This document shows, piece by piece, positions 51,937 to 64,000 of a stretch of 64,000 nucleotides of DNA. Position numbers and translations under genes: made by a program. Source of the DNA: Laetmonice hystrix (taxonomy: Eukaryota); NCBI GenBank assembly GCA_965235115.1, contig OZ249436.1, forward strand, positions 10,416,001 through 10,480,000. The letters run 5' to 3'. The first letter of the stretch is position 1, and every line of letters starts with the position of its first letter. Under the pieces are notes generated by a model. It did no database searches. It saw only the letters and a list, made by a program, of their open reading frames with translations, and had not been told where the DNA came from.

Positions 51937-52377
51937 GTGAGCAACCCAACAATTTAATACAGCTGATCATTTACTGTCTATTACTATAGACGGCCTCGGA
52001 AACATGTATTCGAGTGAAATATTAACTTCAACAGATTTCGTCACGCTTCATGTATTAGCTTATAATTGCAGGTGATTTGTTAAAACTGATTGTTTTTATT
52101 GGATTATACTTTCGATATAAAAAAAAATCTGAATAACTTGCATACAGGTGGCGATAATTGAGTGTTGTGACATACTCAGACCCCGAGAGTGGGCTGGGTC
52201 CTTCCATTGACTGCAGACCCCCCCCCCCCCCCCCCCCGCATACATGGAGTGGAGAGTCACGGGTAGAGTTTAAGCCTCAAAGACCTGCAACCTACCAGTT
52301 TGCAACGTAGTTACTCTCGATATCTATTGGCTGTTGGTTTTTCTCACCAAGTCACATTCGTCGTGTTGTATTTACAG

Positions 52378-52432
52378 GATTATGTTCGGTGTGGGGTCAC
52401 AAGTAGGGCCAGTCAAGACATCGTACTTACCG
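52378..52432 (+). CDS. UTP15: UTP15 exon 5 (gene continues beyond the window)
   Basis: tttacAG|DYVRCGVTSRASQDIVLT(G)|GTAAGG; compare human DYVRCGCASKLNPDLFITG. Confidence 0.95.
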
Positions 52433-52486
52433 GTAAGGAATATTTAATGGTACAAATACTTCCTAAAAACATGCATGTATATCGTA

Positions 52487-53007
52487 CAGGGTGACCCAGT
52501 GCCGTAGCCACTGTAGTGTGTTATTGGCTCTGTGGAGAGTGCCTCCATCTTGTTTGAACCATTGTTCGTCCCTTGTAAGGCCTTGCATAGAGTGGCTAAG
52601 ACAGAAATTTGGAGACAGACTCATCAGTCGGAGGTGTGTTGTTGAGTGGGCTGCACACTCACCAGACTTAGATTTTTATCTCTGGGGTTACATAAAAGAC
52701 AGTGTGTATGAGAAAAATCCCGACATAATTAACCAACTGAAGAGAGCAATCACAGCAAGCATGAGGAATGTGTAAGTGTGAATCACAACTTTTCCCGCCG
52801 TTTGCAAGTGTGCTTACAACGCCGGATGGACATTGGGAGTATATTTTGAACAGGTCATAAAATCTGAACAAGGCCTGGGCTAAAAATCAGCAAATATGTT
52901 TGGCATTGATCCTAGTTACGGCATACCAAATATAAATAAATTATATGAAAAGTTGCAGATTTTTTACAAGCCTTAGTATGGGTTGGTATTTTATGGGGGT
53001 CACCCTA
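52487..53007 (+). mobile_element. Internally deleted Tc1/mariner-superfamily (maT/rosa-like) transposon
   Basis: TA|CAGGGTGACCC ... GGGTCACCCTA|TA TIRs with TA duplication. Carries the transposase C-terminal remnant RLISRR..WAAHSPDLDFYLWGYIKDSVY (degenerate WPPRSPDLNPLDF.LWG motif). Confidence 0.9.
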
Positions 53008-56000
53008 TAAATGTAGGCTTGTGGTCATGATATTGATGTGACCAACGATATTGCACTTTCCGCGCTGTTTCTGCATGAAGACGGTTAAAGGAAAAGCAAG
53101 TGAAGGAAGGCGCATTACGTTCGTACAAATTAAGATTAATACGAGTTAATCTCTGAGATAGATGCGAAAGTGGGTGTGGCCTGGTGAGGGTTTCAGGCCA
53201 GCAGCCAGGCCGTAACCCCCTGGCCTGGGGGATATGAAGGAAGATGTTCCTGGCACACGCCAGCCACAAGGCAAATTCAGATGAGGCCATTAGTAAATCT
53301 AGTGCACATTGGCCAGTTTATTTTGGTAGATTGAAGCAGCATATAATTTCACTCCGTATTCACTGTTTATATAAACCACATGTTGTAATGTCAGACAGGT
53401 CATGTGCTGACATTGCCGAAGGCGTGGACGACCAGCCTCAGGTTCAACTATAGCTTCTAAGATGTAAAACATTTCAAATTCAATTTGAGAGAGTTATGAA
53501 AGTTTGAAAGGGGCGTGAAAACCAGTGAACGATTTAGATTGAACAATCTAACACAAGAACACATCACGTGGGATGGTGGAGAAACCATGGTGGAGCGCAC
53601 ACTTGGCGGCGATTGGACCAGCCAGGTATGACAACAGGCAAAGGAGGAGTGTCACGTGGTTGTGTGCCCCCCCCCCCCCCCACACACACACACGGGAGGC
53701 AGACTGCAGGCCCAGGCGTCCTTGGTGGCCAAAAAATTCCACCGACATGGAAGAAAAATACTCCTGATCCGAGAAACATGGAAACATGGAGTCGGACAGG
53801 ATCGCCGTCTCCGCAGGCGTCCCCCCACCTGGCACTGCCAGGAAAATGCCAGCAACATGACACACAAGTATTGGTTGAATTTAGGAGCAAATCTTACTCA
53901 GGGCGAGAGGTTGATTCAGGGAACAGACTTTACTAAGTGGGAAACGGTTGGGTTTCTCTATCGATGTCACGACCACAAGGAATATCAATTAAAAGTTGGG
54001 CTTGTTTGTTGCCCCAACTTTCAGGAACTCGACTTTGCTGCAAGGAATGCTAGCTACAAGAAGACTCAGATCCAAGATGTGGAGAAAAAACTTATCTGTC
54101 TGCCATCATTCTAGTAAGAATGAACTTCTTTTTATCCGAAAGGGCAGGTTTGGATTATATTTAATAATCCAGCCAGGTTTTCCCTACACCATAATTTGCG
54201 ATTTCCTCTACGTGTTTTTACGGTAAAAATATAACCAGTTGTTTTTAAAGGATTAATGGTGGGCGTTTTTTAAAGATTATATATAAGGCTTTGGTTTCCG
54301 AAGTTAAACTGTCTGTCTACATGAAGGTGACGTAGGGCAGTTGTCTGCTCTGTGAGTAGTGAGGGTGGGATAGGAGTTGGGGCGGGGCACTTTGGTGGCC
54401 CAGTTATCATCTGTTAATGTTATTGTTTCACAGTAATGGCTCATTAGTCACGTTTACATGTGAACCAGCAGACAGACTGTCTGCCAAGACGTCTTTCCTC
54501 TGCTCAAGCTAAGCAAGCCAAACGTGTCCCTGCTAGACTTGTTGAGAAGCGCACTTGTCCACTGGCCATCGTCGGTAAACCAGAAAGATCCAGGCATGCA
54601 GTTTTTTACCCCGGGATGTTAATTCTGCTCTACCATTTGTTAGATCTGCTCTCTGCCATCATAGAAACGACTGCTGTACGGTTAGGGCGTTTCACGGCTG
54701 TAATTCAGTTATCCCCCCTTAAAGTGCGAGGAAAATTATACTCTTTTTTTTAAATCGGAGAAGTTTTTAGTTACTGAGATGGGTTCCGTTCATGTTGATT
54801 CTGTAGGCATGCTGGATTGCCTGCCTGGCTGGGCTAGAGTGCCCCCCCCCCCCACCTCTGTCAGTCTGTCAGTCAGTTTGTGGACGGACCCCAGGCCTGA
54901 CGGCAGCCCCCCTCCCCACCCCCTGCCTGACATAGGCCCCCACGCCCTCCTCCGACCACCACCAGACTCAGATAATTCATGGAGCACTTGACCTTTCAAT
55001 AAAACCTCAAGGCCGGCCTGACCCGCGCCGATCTCCAGCCTTGATCACGGCCTACTCGTCCACGTGTCAGGCGAATACTTGACACAGACAAGTCGCTATT
55101 TTGGGGAGGCCTCTCACAGAGAAATCCACTGCCTGCTGCCGAGCCGATCCACCGGTGGGCTGATGCTAGGGTCAGTCTATAATGAGTCGGCCGACCCTCA
55201 GCTAAAGTGTGAACAAATTTTGTGAATGATGAAAGCTTTACGTACTTCTGCCAACTATTTCCAATTGCCTTTCTTCCCAAAACTGTAGAAATATAATTTG
55301 TAGACAGATTAGTTGTAGATCACAAAACTCGCAAAATGACTAAGTAAAGGTGATTGAGACGCTTTTCAAATCTCCTTTATTCACTTGCTACCACCAGAAT
55401 TCGCCCCGGAGGTCTAATAGGAGCTGTCTACCATAGAGTGGTATTTTTTCACTGTTTACACCAGGTTTAGTATTTAGAAAGACATCTTACACAGTGCAGT
55501 GCTTGGTCCCTGTCCACAGCTGGGATACTCTCGTGTCGGTGGCTGTGGCTACGAGGTAGACAGCCCCACTATGTCACTGCATGATACTCTCTCTCCAGGA
55601 GGGCAAGATCTTCTTTATCAAACCCATGTTAGCTTATCGAGCCACCCACACTTTGTTGCCAGAACATCAGCTCAAGTGGCCTAATAGCAGCGCGCCAAGA
55701 TGTTGGGTTATCGAGTGCTGCAGAATGGCGAGATAGCACAGGGCAAAGAAACGTGTGTTTTATCAAGGCTCGGTGGCACTCTCTGTCACAGAAAAGTGGT
55801 CTCAAGAGCACTTGGAGATATTGGGCAAGGGATGAGTGACATTTCAATAAACATTTCACAGATTGCTAAGTGTATCTAGGGATGAGAGGCGAACATTCAA
55901 ACATTTGTGGAGGTTTTGTAGATTTGGCACCAATTTACAGTTAAGTCGTTTTATTTAAGGAGTAAACATGGTAGGGAGTATATCTTGTTGCTGTGATACA

Positions 56001-58818
56001 TTGGTGTGTTTTATCTTGTCTCCCAAGGCATCATTTATACAGACTATAAAGAAGTCACATGTAAGACATGGGGAGCATCTCCATAGCCATCCATCAGAGC
56101 AAATATCAGATACTCGTACCTATGGTTCAGGAATGTTCGTGTCAGAATCAATTAAGAAGGAGGCAGTATTTTTGTAGGGTTGATGTGAATTTTAAAAAGA
56201 CTAGATTACGTCAGGAATGACTGGCCTGCATGTACTTAACTTGAAGGATATTGAGAAACTTGTCATATTATGTGTGCAGTTTTTATACCACCACGATGGT
56301 GGTGATATTCAGCAGGCTTGTGATGGCCATGATTGATCGTACCAGGACAATTACAAGCTGCTAAAGAGAAGCAGATTTTCGGGGCTGTCTATAACTTCCC
56401 GTTCCGGTATGCATTATTTGATTGTTTGCAGTGTTATTCTTACGGTGTAACCTGGCCTCAATGTCTGCCGCTTCATAAAGGCTCCCCACCCCTCAAAAGG
56501 GTTTGGTTTTTTTGCAACCTGGTAAATTGGAGCTATACCTGAGAGATTGAAGTTGTAGAGGAGGGTGTTTGAGCTCGCCTGATACCACCTCGATGGACCA
56601 CCTCTGGGCGGCTGGTCGGGAGTTGGGGCAGGCGGATCAGGGGTGTGAGTGTTCGTTTGTAATGGCTGCCCTTGCCCACCTGTGTCCCTGTGACGGGTGA
56701 CAACGCCGGATCACTCAGGTGCCGCTGTGTCACACGGCCAAACTGTCCACCGGTGTGCGGATGAGGGGAGGGGGAGAGGCAGAGTTGGGGGGGGGGGGGG
56801 GGGGCTTGGGTGTCCCCGAGGTGTGGGTCCCATAGTAAAGTTATCCTGTGCGGTGAGTGCTCCCAGATGAGACAGCATGTACAGAGCTTGGATACACGGA
56901 TATATATCCATTACCTGATGTATCAACAAGCCGATGAGAGCCACCTGTGGGGCTTACCTGCCCTGCCCTCTTACCTACATACCTATGTAGCCCCCAGTGT
57001 TAATGTTCCACTCCCACTGCCTCTATACGTACGGCTGCCGCCCATGTGTACAGGTGGGACCTGGGCAGACTCTGGTCCTCCCAAACATTACTCTTTCACT
57101 CCCACCCTCTGCATGTACTAAATGGATGAAAATCAAAGATAACTCGATACTCTGCGTCGTCCATTTGTCATGTCTGGCGTAGTGGAGCAAGGCGTTTCAC
57201 TTTTGGTGGCATTCAACAAAGTGAGAGATGTATAATTTAATGACAATGGGAACGCCTTTTGTTTAGTACAAAGGTAAGAATGCACATAACATGATTGGTT
57301 GATGAAATAATAGCAGGAACGCGGTGGCGGGGCCGAGAGTGAGAGTACACCTTAGATACGGGGACGTTTAACCTCATTAGCATACTTAATTGTGATGTAG
57401 CCAAATTAAATTATTCTCTCAGTTATTAGCGTATTTTACAAAGAGGTCCAGTATACTGTAATTGTGAAACAACAGCATGTATACATTCCTAGGTATACTA
57501 GAAACATGGCATGGACTGCGTCTTGAGGTCATTGCCCTGAGTTTCTTTAATAATACGGAACATAATTTCCAACATGTCCCAAAAACGTTCCATGTTTCCC
57601 CGGCCGATATTTTTAAAGATAAGAAATACAATGTCGGGTTAGGTATTTGGTAGCATAAAGTTTGTTGAGGATGTTGTGTGGCCTGGAGTGGGAGGATAGT
57701 GGGAGTGGATGTTTTAGGGGTAAGTTAAGGGGCAGGAGGTGGGGAGGGATGAGGGGGGGCCCAGCACATGTGGTGTCATGTCGTACCATGCGGCGTGCCC
57801 CGCAGGTGAGATGCTCCTCCCAGTTATCTATGACCGGCCACATAGATAGAGGCACATGGGGCCTCCATGCTGCTCGCCTATCCACCTCTCAACTACCAGG
57901 AATGCTTTGTGAAATCATATCACTCATAGCCACCCAAATATTAATGGTGATAAGGCATGTGATAACGGAGGGCTATTGGGGATGATTTTACTTGACCGAT
58001 GCCCCTCAATGAAATATCATGTCGCCAATGGCCTAGATGAATGATCGTCATAGGAGGGGGGAATTGCTGTCAAAATTCTTTGAATAACAGTGGCTTGCCC
58101 ACCCAGTTTTATAACCAGGATAAGTCAAGCAGCAAGCCGGGTATGATCCCTGGTCATGTAGCAAAGTCAGACCTCGCCCGGGGACAAATATCCCGGCTAT
58201 CCGAGAAATCTGTGCCGTATCAGGAGCGGTCATTAGGAAGCAATGGAAATGATGGTAGAAATAGACATGTGCAGGAAGGCAAAGAGAGGGAGAGAGAGGG
58301 CCCAGGAGCACAAATTGTCTGGGGCCCGAAACTCTAGAGGGATAGATACTGTCTAGGTCCATTCAGCATGCCGCCAACAGCAGTAGGTCTCAATAACGCT
58401 AAAACAGCAATTGGCAGCACGGCGTTTTTGGGATACCGCTATCCTTAAGCTTTTCTGAAAAGAAAGGTACAATCCGACCCAATATATCTTTTTCCCAATC
58501 AACTCATAAGTTTATTATGAAACAAGACTTCTCTGTGCATATATCCATGTGTAAGCTGATCACGCGGGTGCCCCGAAGGCAATATCAAAGTACAATTTCT
58601 GACGTTAGAAGTTATGAAAAACTCTTACTCATGTCAGAAATAATAAAGTTGTTGTGTTGTCAAGTTGACGAGGTCTGCATTATTGTTGATGAGGACGTAC
58701 CATTTTTCAGTGAGACCTGGCCAAGATGTCGGCATTTTAAGGCCTGACCTCACTTTAGAAAAATGTACTGCATTTTTGCGGAGATAATATTCAAATGAAA
58801 GTTTCCAGATTGAATCAA

Positions 58819-60003
58819 GGCAGTCGGGGAAGTTGGCAGTCAGGGAAGTTGGCAGTCAGGGAAGTTGGCTGTTAGGGAAGTTGGCTGACAGGGAAGTTGG
58901 CTGACAGGGAAGTTGGCAGTCAGGGAAGTTGGCAGTCAGGGAAGTTGACTGTCAGGGAAGTTGACTGTCAGGGAAGTTGGCAGTCAGGGAAGTTGGCTGT
59001 CAGGGAAGTTGGCAGTCAGGGAAGTTGGCAGTCAGGGAAGTTGGCAGTCAGGGAAGTTGGCTGTCAGGGAAGTTGGCAGTCAGGGAAGTTGGCAGTCAGG
59101 GAAGTTGGCTGTCAGGGAAGTTGGCAGTCAGGGAAGTTGGCAGTCAGGGAAGTTGGCTGTCAGGGAAGTTGGCAGTCAGGGAAGTTGGCAGTCAGGGAAG
59201 TTGGCAGTCAGGGAAGTTGGCAGTCAGGGAAGTTGGCAGTCAGGGAAGTTGGCTGTCAGGGAAGTTGGCAGTCAGGGAAGTTGGCAGTCAGGGAAGTTGG
59301 CAGTCAGGGAAGTTGGCTGTCAGGGAAGTTGGCAGTCAGGGAAGTTGGCAGTCAGGGAAGTTGGCAGTCAGGGAAGTTGGCAGTCAGGGAAGTTGGCAGT
59401 CAGGGAAGTTGGCTGTCAGGGAAGTTGGCAGTCAGGGAAGTTGGCAGTCAGGGAAGTTGGCTGTCAGGGAAGTTGGCTGTCAGGGAAGTTGGCAGTCAGG
59501 GAAGTTGGCAGTCAGGGAAGTTGGCAGTCAGGGAAGTTGGCAGTCAGGGAAGTTGGCAGTCAGGGAAGTTGGCTGTCAGGGAAGTTGGCAGTCAGGGAAG
59601 TTGGCAGTCAGGGAAGTTGGCAGTCAGGGAAGTTGGCAGTCAGGGAAGTTGGCAGTCAGGGAAGTTGGCTGTCAGGGAAGTTGGCAGTCAGGGAAGTTGG
59701 CAGTCAGGGAAGTTGGCTGTCAGGGAAGTTGGCAGTCAGGGAAGTTGGCTGTCAGTGAAGTTGGGAATCAGGGAAGTTGGGAATCAGGGAAGTTGGCAGT
59801 CAGGGAAGTTGGCAGTCAGGGAAGTTGGCAGTCAGGGAAGTTGGCAGTCAGGGAAGTTGGCTGTCAGGGAAGTTGGCAGTCAGGGAAGTTGGCAGTCAGG
59901 GAGGTTGGCTGTCAGGGAAGTTGGCAGTCAGGGAAGTTGGCAGTCAGGGAAGTTGGCAGTCAGGGAAGTTGGCTGTCAGTGAAGTTGGCAGTCAGTGAAG
60001 TTG
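58819..60003. repeat. 16-bp minisatellite, about 74 copies
   Basis: GGCAGTCAGGGAAGTT / GGCTGTCAGGGAAGTT head-to-tail; explains the three long repetitive ORFs. Confidence 0.98.
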
Positions 60004-60193
60004 TAATGATAATGAATCTATGTGGTTTGTTTTTAACGGGCCCAGAGTTGGAGATCGGGGGGGGGGGCGGAGAAGGAGGGGAGAGGGCTTGTTGTCGATC
60101 TACAACAAGTAAACCCTGATCTCATTCCCTCAGATCGCGTTCGGTCCCAAGGTAAGCCAGTCGGTAGTTGTGAGGGTAGATCGTATGTCAGCC

Positions 60194-61699
60194 GGTGTGA
60201 CGGAATGGAAGTGGTGATTTTCTCGACGTGTCGCCTCAGGACTGGTTTGATATCATGCTCCATCAAGCTATAGGGATCAGTTCTATCAGGGGAAACAGGA
60301 CTAAACTGTAGCTGGACGGACGGCCAGGTACGGCTGCCGACTTCATTGTTAATCGGTACTTTATGATGTCAGATGACGGCTAATTGCGAGGCGGCGGCGG
60401 TGGTGTCACACCGATAAGCCGGGACGGTGTGAGATCGGAGCTGCTGACGGTGCCGCCCGACCAGGCCGAGCTGTCACGGGCGTGTCGCTCGGGGACCCGG
60501 AACCTTGGGTCGTCGGTCCCGGTTCCCGCCCCAGCCGCCGGCTAGGTGACGTTAACCGGTCACCCACACCTTGGCTTTGCTCTAATCACGGACCACGCTA
60601 CCAACAGAACTCCGCCGCGAGTACCCACTTCCCACATAAACTCGCCGTGATAATGATGTCAATCTTTTACACAAATTGTATTTTTTTTGTAACAGAGCTG
60701 GCAGTGGCAGGACAAAAACAATGATTTTTCTAAAGGCCTTTTTCTTCTTCGTCGTAAAAAATGGAAGGCCTTTCACACATTCTCCAGTATGAAATATGGT
60801 GGGTGTGCTTTGAATGACAACTGATATTGTCTCACCATCAAAAGATAAACGGTCCAACCTTTCCCCCATATAATGGACGTTTACAAGAAGCTGGTTTTAA
60901 CACGCTGTTGTGTACTAAACAGTTACTATGCAGGGCGTATATAGGTATTTTACAACGCAAAGCTTAATCTTACCATTGTTCCAGACTTTGATATGTAGTC
61001 GTCAAGAAAACTTTGCATGGTGACGCTATTAGTTTGAGAAATTGCCCATTGATTTGAAAATTCCTTTACCGTATTGAAAGACAGCTGCAGAGATGTGCTC
61101 CTTTTGATCTTGACAAAGACTTTGGTTTGTTATAGTATTACAGGAATTGTGGACAATTCTCATTACGGGAAGGGTGCCAAGTAATGGCGTCTCGATATGA
61201 GCGCCGTCGGTGGCCCTCCCATTGTAATCACTCACATTGTAGTTAGTCCCATGTCGGCGGTCTCTTTCATGACCGTGCAGTCGATCGAACCGCGACTTGA
61301 TGGTGTGCCAATGATACATTTATTAAGGCATTGTATTGTTGATTTCTCACGTAAAAAGTTAGCATAATTTGAGGTTTACATTTAAGTCCATGTGAGACAA
61401 CAGCCTTTGAGGCTGCCTTGTTCTCCACAAGTCTCACACCTTTGGCTTTTGTCGGTGTGTGAGACACCGGTGGGAGCTTTATAGTGATACATCAACTGGA
61501 AGACTTTACTGGTGCCAAGCAGGTGCCACCGGCGGCCCTCTCCGTGGTGTGAGTGGGAGCTTGGGACACCAGGTGGGGCTAGTGTCTGCAGTCAACATGG
61601 GTTGCCAGTTGAGGGGTGAAGTATATCAGTATTCCAGATCAGTTGTCATTAAATTACTTCACATGACTGGCAGCATTCTCAGTCACAGAGATGGTGTGA
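60194..61699. promoter_or_regulatory. Candidate enhancer with clustered T-box half-sites
   Basis: Six GGTGTGA/TCACACC heptamers, including an inverted pair, in CpG-rich non-coding DNA. Confidence 0.4.
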
Positions 61700-64000
61700 T
61701 TCACTACAGTTGTATATTTCCGCCCGTGCGCTGTAACAGTATGTTAATGGGTAATCATTGGTGTAATCAAGCTCAACCACCTTCTCCTTTACCGCCACTT
61801 TCTGAGGAGCGTGCAGTTTCTTAGGATTTACTCTATCTTCCAGGTGTGTTAAATTTAGAAACTTCTACAATACTTGAATACTCAGGATATTGGAGTTTTT
61901 GGCGTTTGTGCCTCAGAAGTATTTCAGCTCTTTGTTGACTAACCGAATGGGCGTTGTGGGGTAGATGAGGAGAGCATAATCTTTAAAATAAAATTTAAAA
62001 AAAAAAGAGAGTGCTCACATTGTAATCAAACACAGAAGAGACAGAAAATTTCATTTAATTTATAGCAAGATTTAGTGAAGGTATTGAAAGAAATGATCTG
62101 AAGCATTTTGTTATTGATAGTTCAATTAATATATTATAGGCTACCAGTATTGATTTAAGTTTTGTAGGAAAGTTATGAACAGTTATGGTAAAATGCTGGA
62201 TGCTCTTTGGTGATTGTTGTTGAAGGAGTTATGGTGCCCAGCGGTTCGGGTTATCAGATTTGTGCTGGCCATGATTTCACGAATAATGGCTGAAGATGGG
62301 AGGCCAGCGGGAAGGCCTGCCTTCATTGCATCCTGCGTGGATGAGGCCTTTTAGGGCGGGCCTGTAGCCAGCAGCCGCCTCTGGTCGCCCCGGCTGTGAC
62401 ACCCACACTTGGCCTTTGACTTGCCCCGGCCATTAATCCTGTCTGTGCAAGCTTCAGCCGCCAGATAATTCCATGCTGGGGCCGGCTGATGTGTGAGGCG
62501 GCACTGACCAAAGGTGACACCCTCTCTCTCACCTTTACCCTTTTCTTGATTGTCCTCACTGTCATCATTAGACAGGGATCAAACAAGAGTTCAGCCAACC
62601 AATCACTGCCACCGTCTCAAAGCACCTGCCCAATCACAGCGCCTGTATCATGGTGTATTTGTCCAATGCTCGGATAATTACAAGTCGTGGGTGAAATGTG
62701 GCTAGCGGAAAGCACATGGCACGGCTTGAATTATTGATACGGAGAAAAATTGGTGCCGGTCACAAAAGTATTTCTTTCAGAGGGATGTCGTAATAAGTCC
62801 ACTTCTCATGGGTAGTGGAGTTCACGGAGGCCTGTCGCCAAGTTCATCACTCTAATGGTTTATCTTGGTGAACTCTTGATCTCTGCCGCTGTCATTCGGC
62901 CTTCACAGCTTAACTGAAGTCAAGGTTCCCCTCAACAAAGTGATCATCACTTAACTACCGGGGGCGAGTTAACGTGCTGTAAGAGCGACTTGGATAGCAT
63001 CAGTTCGGGTTGGATTTGTTTTCTTTGATCTGGGAGAGAATCCAGTTATATTAATTATGTGAGAAGTGCCCACGTTATTATGTCGACCTTAAAGTTTTGA
63101 CGTTTTTGCCAATCAGCTTGTGACTTTGTAATCATCCTATTGGTGTCCTGAAGACAAATTCATCAGTGAATATAAGAAAATGTGCTCCACTTTGTGTATT
63201 TTGTAGCTTCAATATGGCTGGCAAAGATGTGTATTCAGTGAAAGGTTGAGAGGTTGACCCAAGCCGACCTGCCGGCAGTCAGTCAGAGGAAGTCCAGTGA
63301 TGGGCGAATGCATTATTGATAAGGGCAGCAGATTCACCCAGAACAGACATAGATCTAACAGTGACAGACCCAAGCCAAATGTGGCTATGTGCAACCAACC
63401 TCTCCACTATTTATACATAGCAGCTGAGGGGGCAAAATAAATGTTTTATTCAGTGCACAAGTTTGTGGAGTTTTTGTTAGACCATGTGTGTTTCCTTTGA
63501 AAGGTGAACTTGAATAAAGAAAGTTTCTGCAAGTACTTATGTCCATTGTACAAGGAAGCAGTTGGTCCTATGAACCCTCTGTTTGTAGTTATCTGTATAC
63601 ATCGTCGTAATACTGGAAACACATGTTGACTATATTACTACTTTACTGACTGACCAAGACCTCACCTGAGGTGCATTTTCAGTATTTAATTGCGAAGAGC
63701 TCGCTTTCCTGCTATTTTGTAATGTTTTGAAATTGATATTACGGGTCCGTACGTTGTTAATGGTGCATGGTTTGGTGTGTTTTAGTGATACGCTATCTGC
63801 CTGTCAGTCTCAATTGATTTGTTCACAGGTCAGCAAACCAAACCGAACCCCGTGCTCAGCACAGCCTAGCTCACTGCTCACTCTGACAAGTCATCGGCAT
63901 AAGACCAAAATATAGTGCATGAAAAGACACACATCCATCGGTTAATTGAAGGAAGGCCACCCCGGGCCACTCCCCTGTCATAAGGAAGAGGCTCCTGACA

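Noticed and set aside
32511-52377. Intronic C/D-box snoRNAs in UTP15
   Set aside because: Several RTGATGA hits, but none with a suitably spaced CTGA and terminal stem; a snoscan/Infernal search would be decisive.
58897-60119. Long ORFs of 265-380 aa
   Set aside because: Open in all three plus-strand frames because the 16-bp unit lacks stops; repeat artefact.
52433-64000. UTP15 exon 6 (expected GSYDH.V motif)
   Set aside because: Not found by eye; probably beyond the window, though a divergent short exon could have been missed.

Overview
Intron-rich eukaryotic DNA, most likely from a marine invertebrate bilaterian (inferred from gene structure and repeat style; the taxon cannot be fixed from this window). 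Two genes diverge head-to-head from a shared region of about 370 bp at ~32.2 kb. Minus strand: an ARID3/dead ringer (retained) transcription factor. It has two candidate first coding exons (32002-32049 and 31586-31639), a 702-nt exon ending in WTFEEQFKQ (29962-30663), a 25.3-kb intron, and the first ARID-domain exon LYELSDDPKRKEFLDDLFSFMQKRG (4576-4648); the gene continues beyond the left edge. Plus strand: UTP15 (WD40 protein of the U3 snoRNP/SSU processome), with five exons recovered in a continuous frame (32418-52432); it continues beyond the right edge. Three of the five exons are absent from the ORF track. The introns hold GC-rich minisatellites (units of 16, 30, 48/39, 49 and 51/23 bp), an internally deleted Tc1/mariner element, several MITE-like elements, poly-C/G tracts and many enhancer- or promoter-like patches. 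I found no intact novel protein-coding or prokaryote-type system, and no CRISPR array, rRNA or tRNA. The most interesting signals are regulatory: a possible ARID3-UTP15 genomic regulatory block, alternative ARID3 starts, a promoter signature hidden in UTP15 intron 3, a T-box site cluster, and a dense cluster of TA-NNNN-TA palindromes at the ARID3 5' end.
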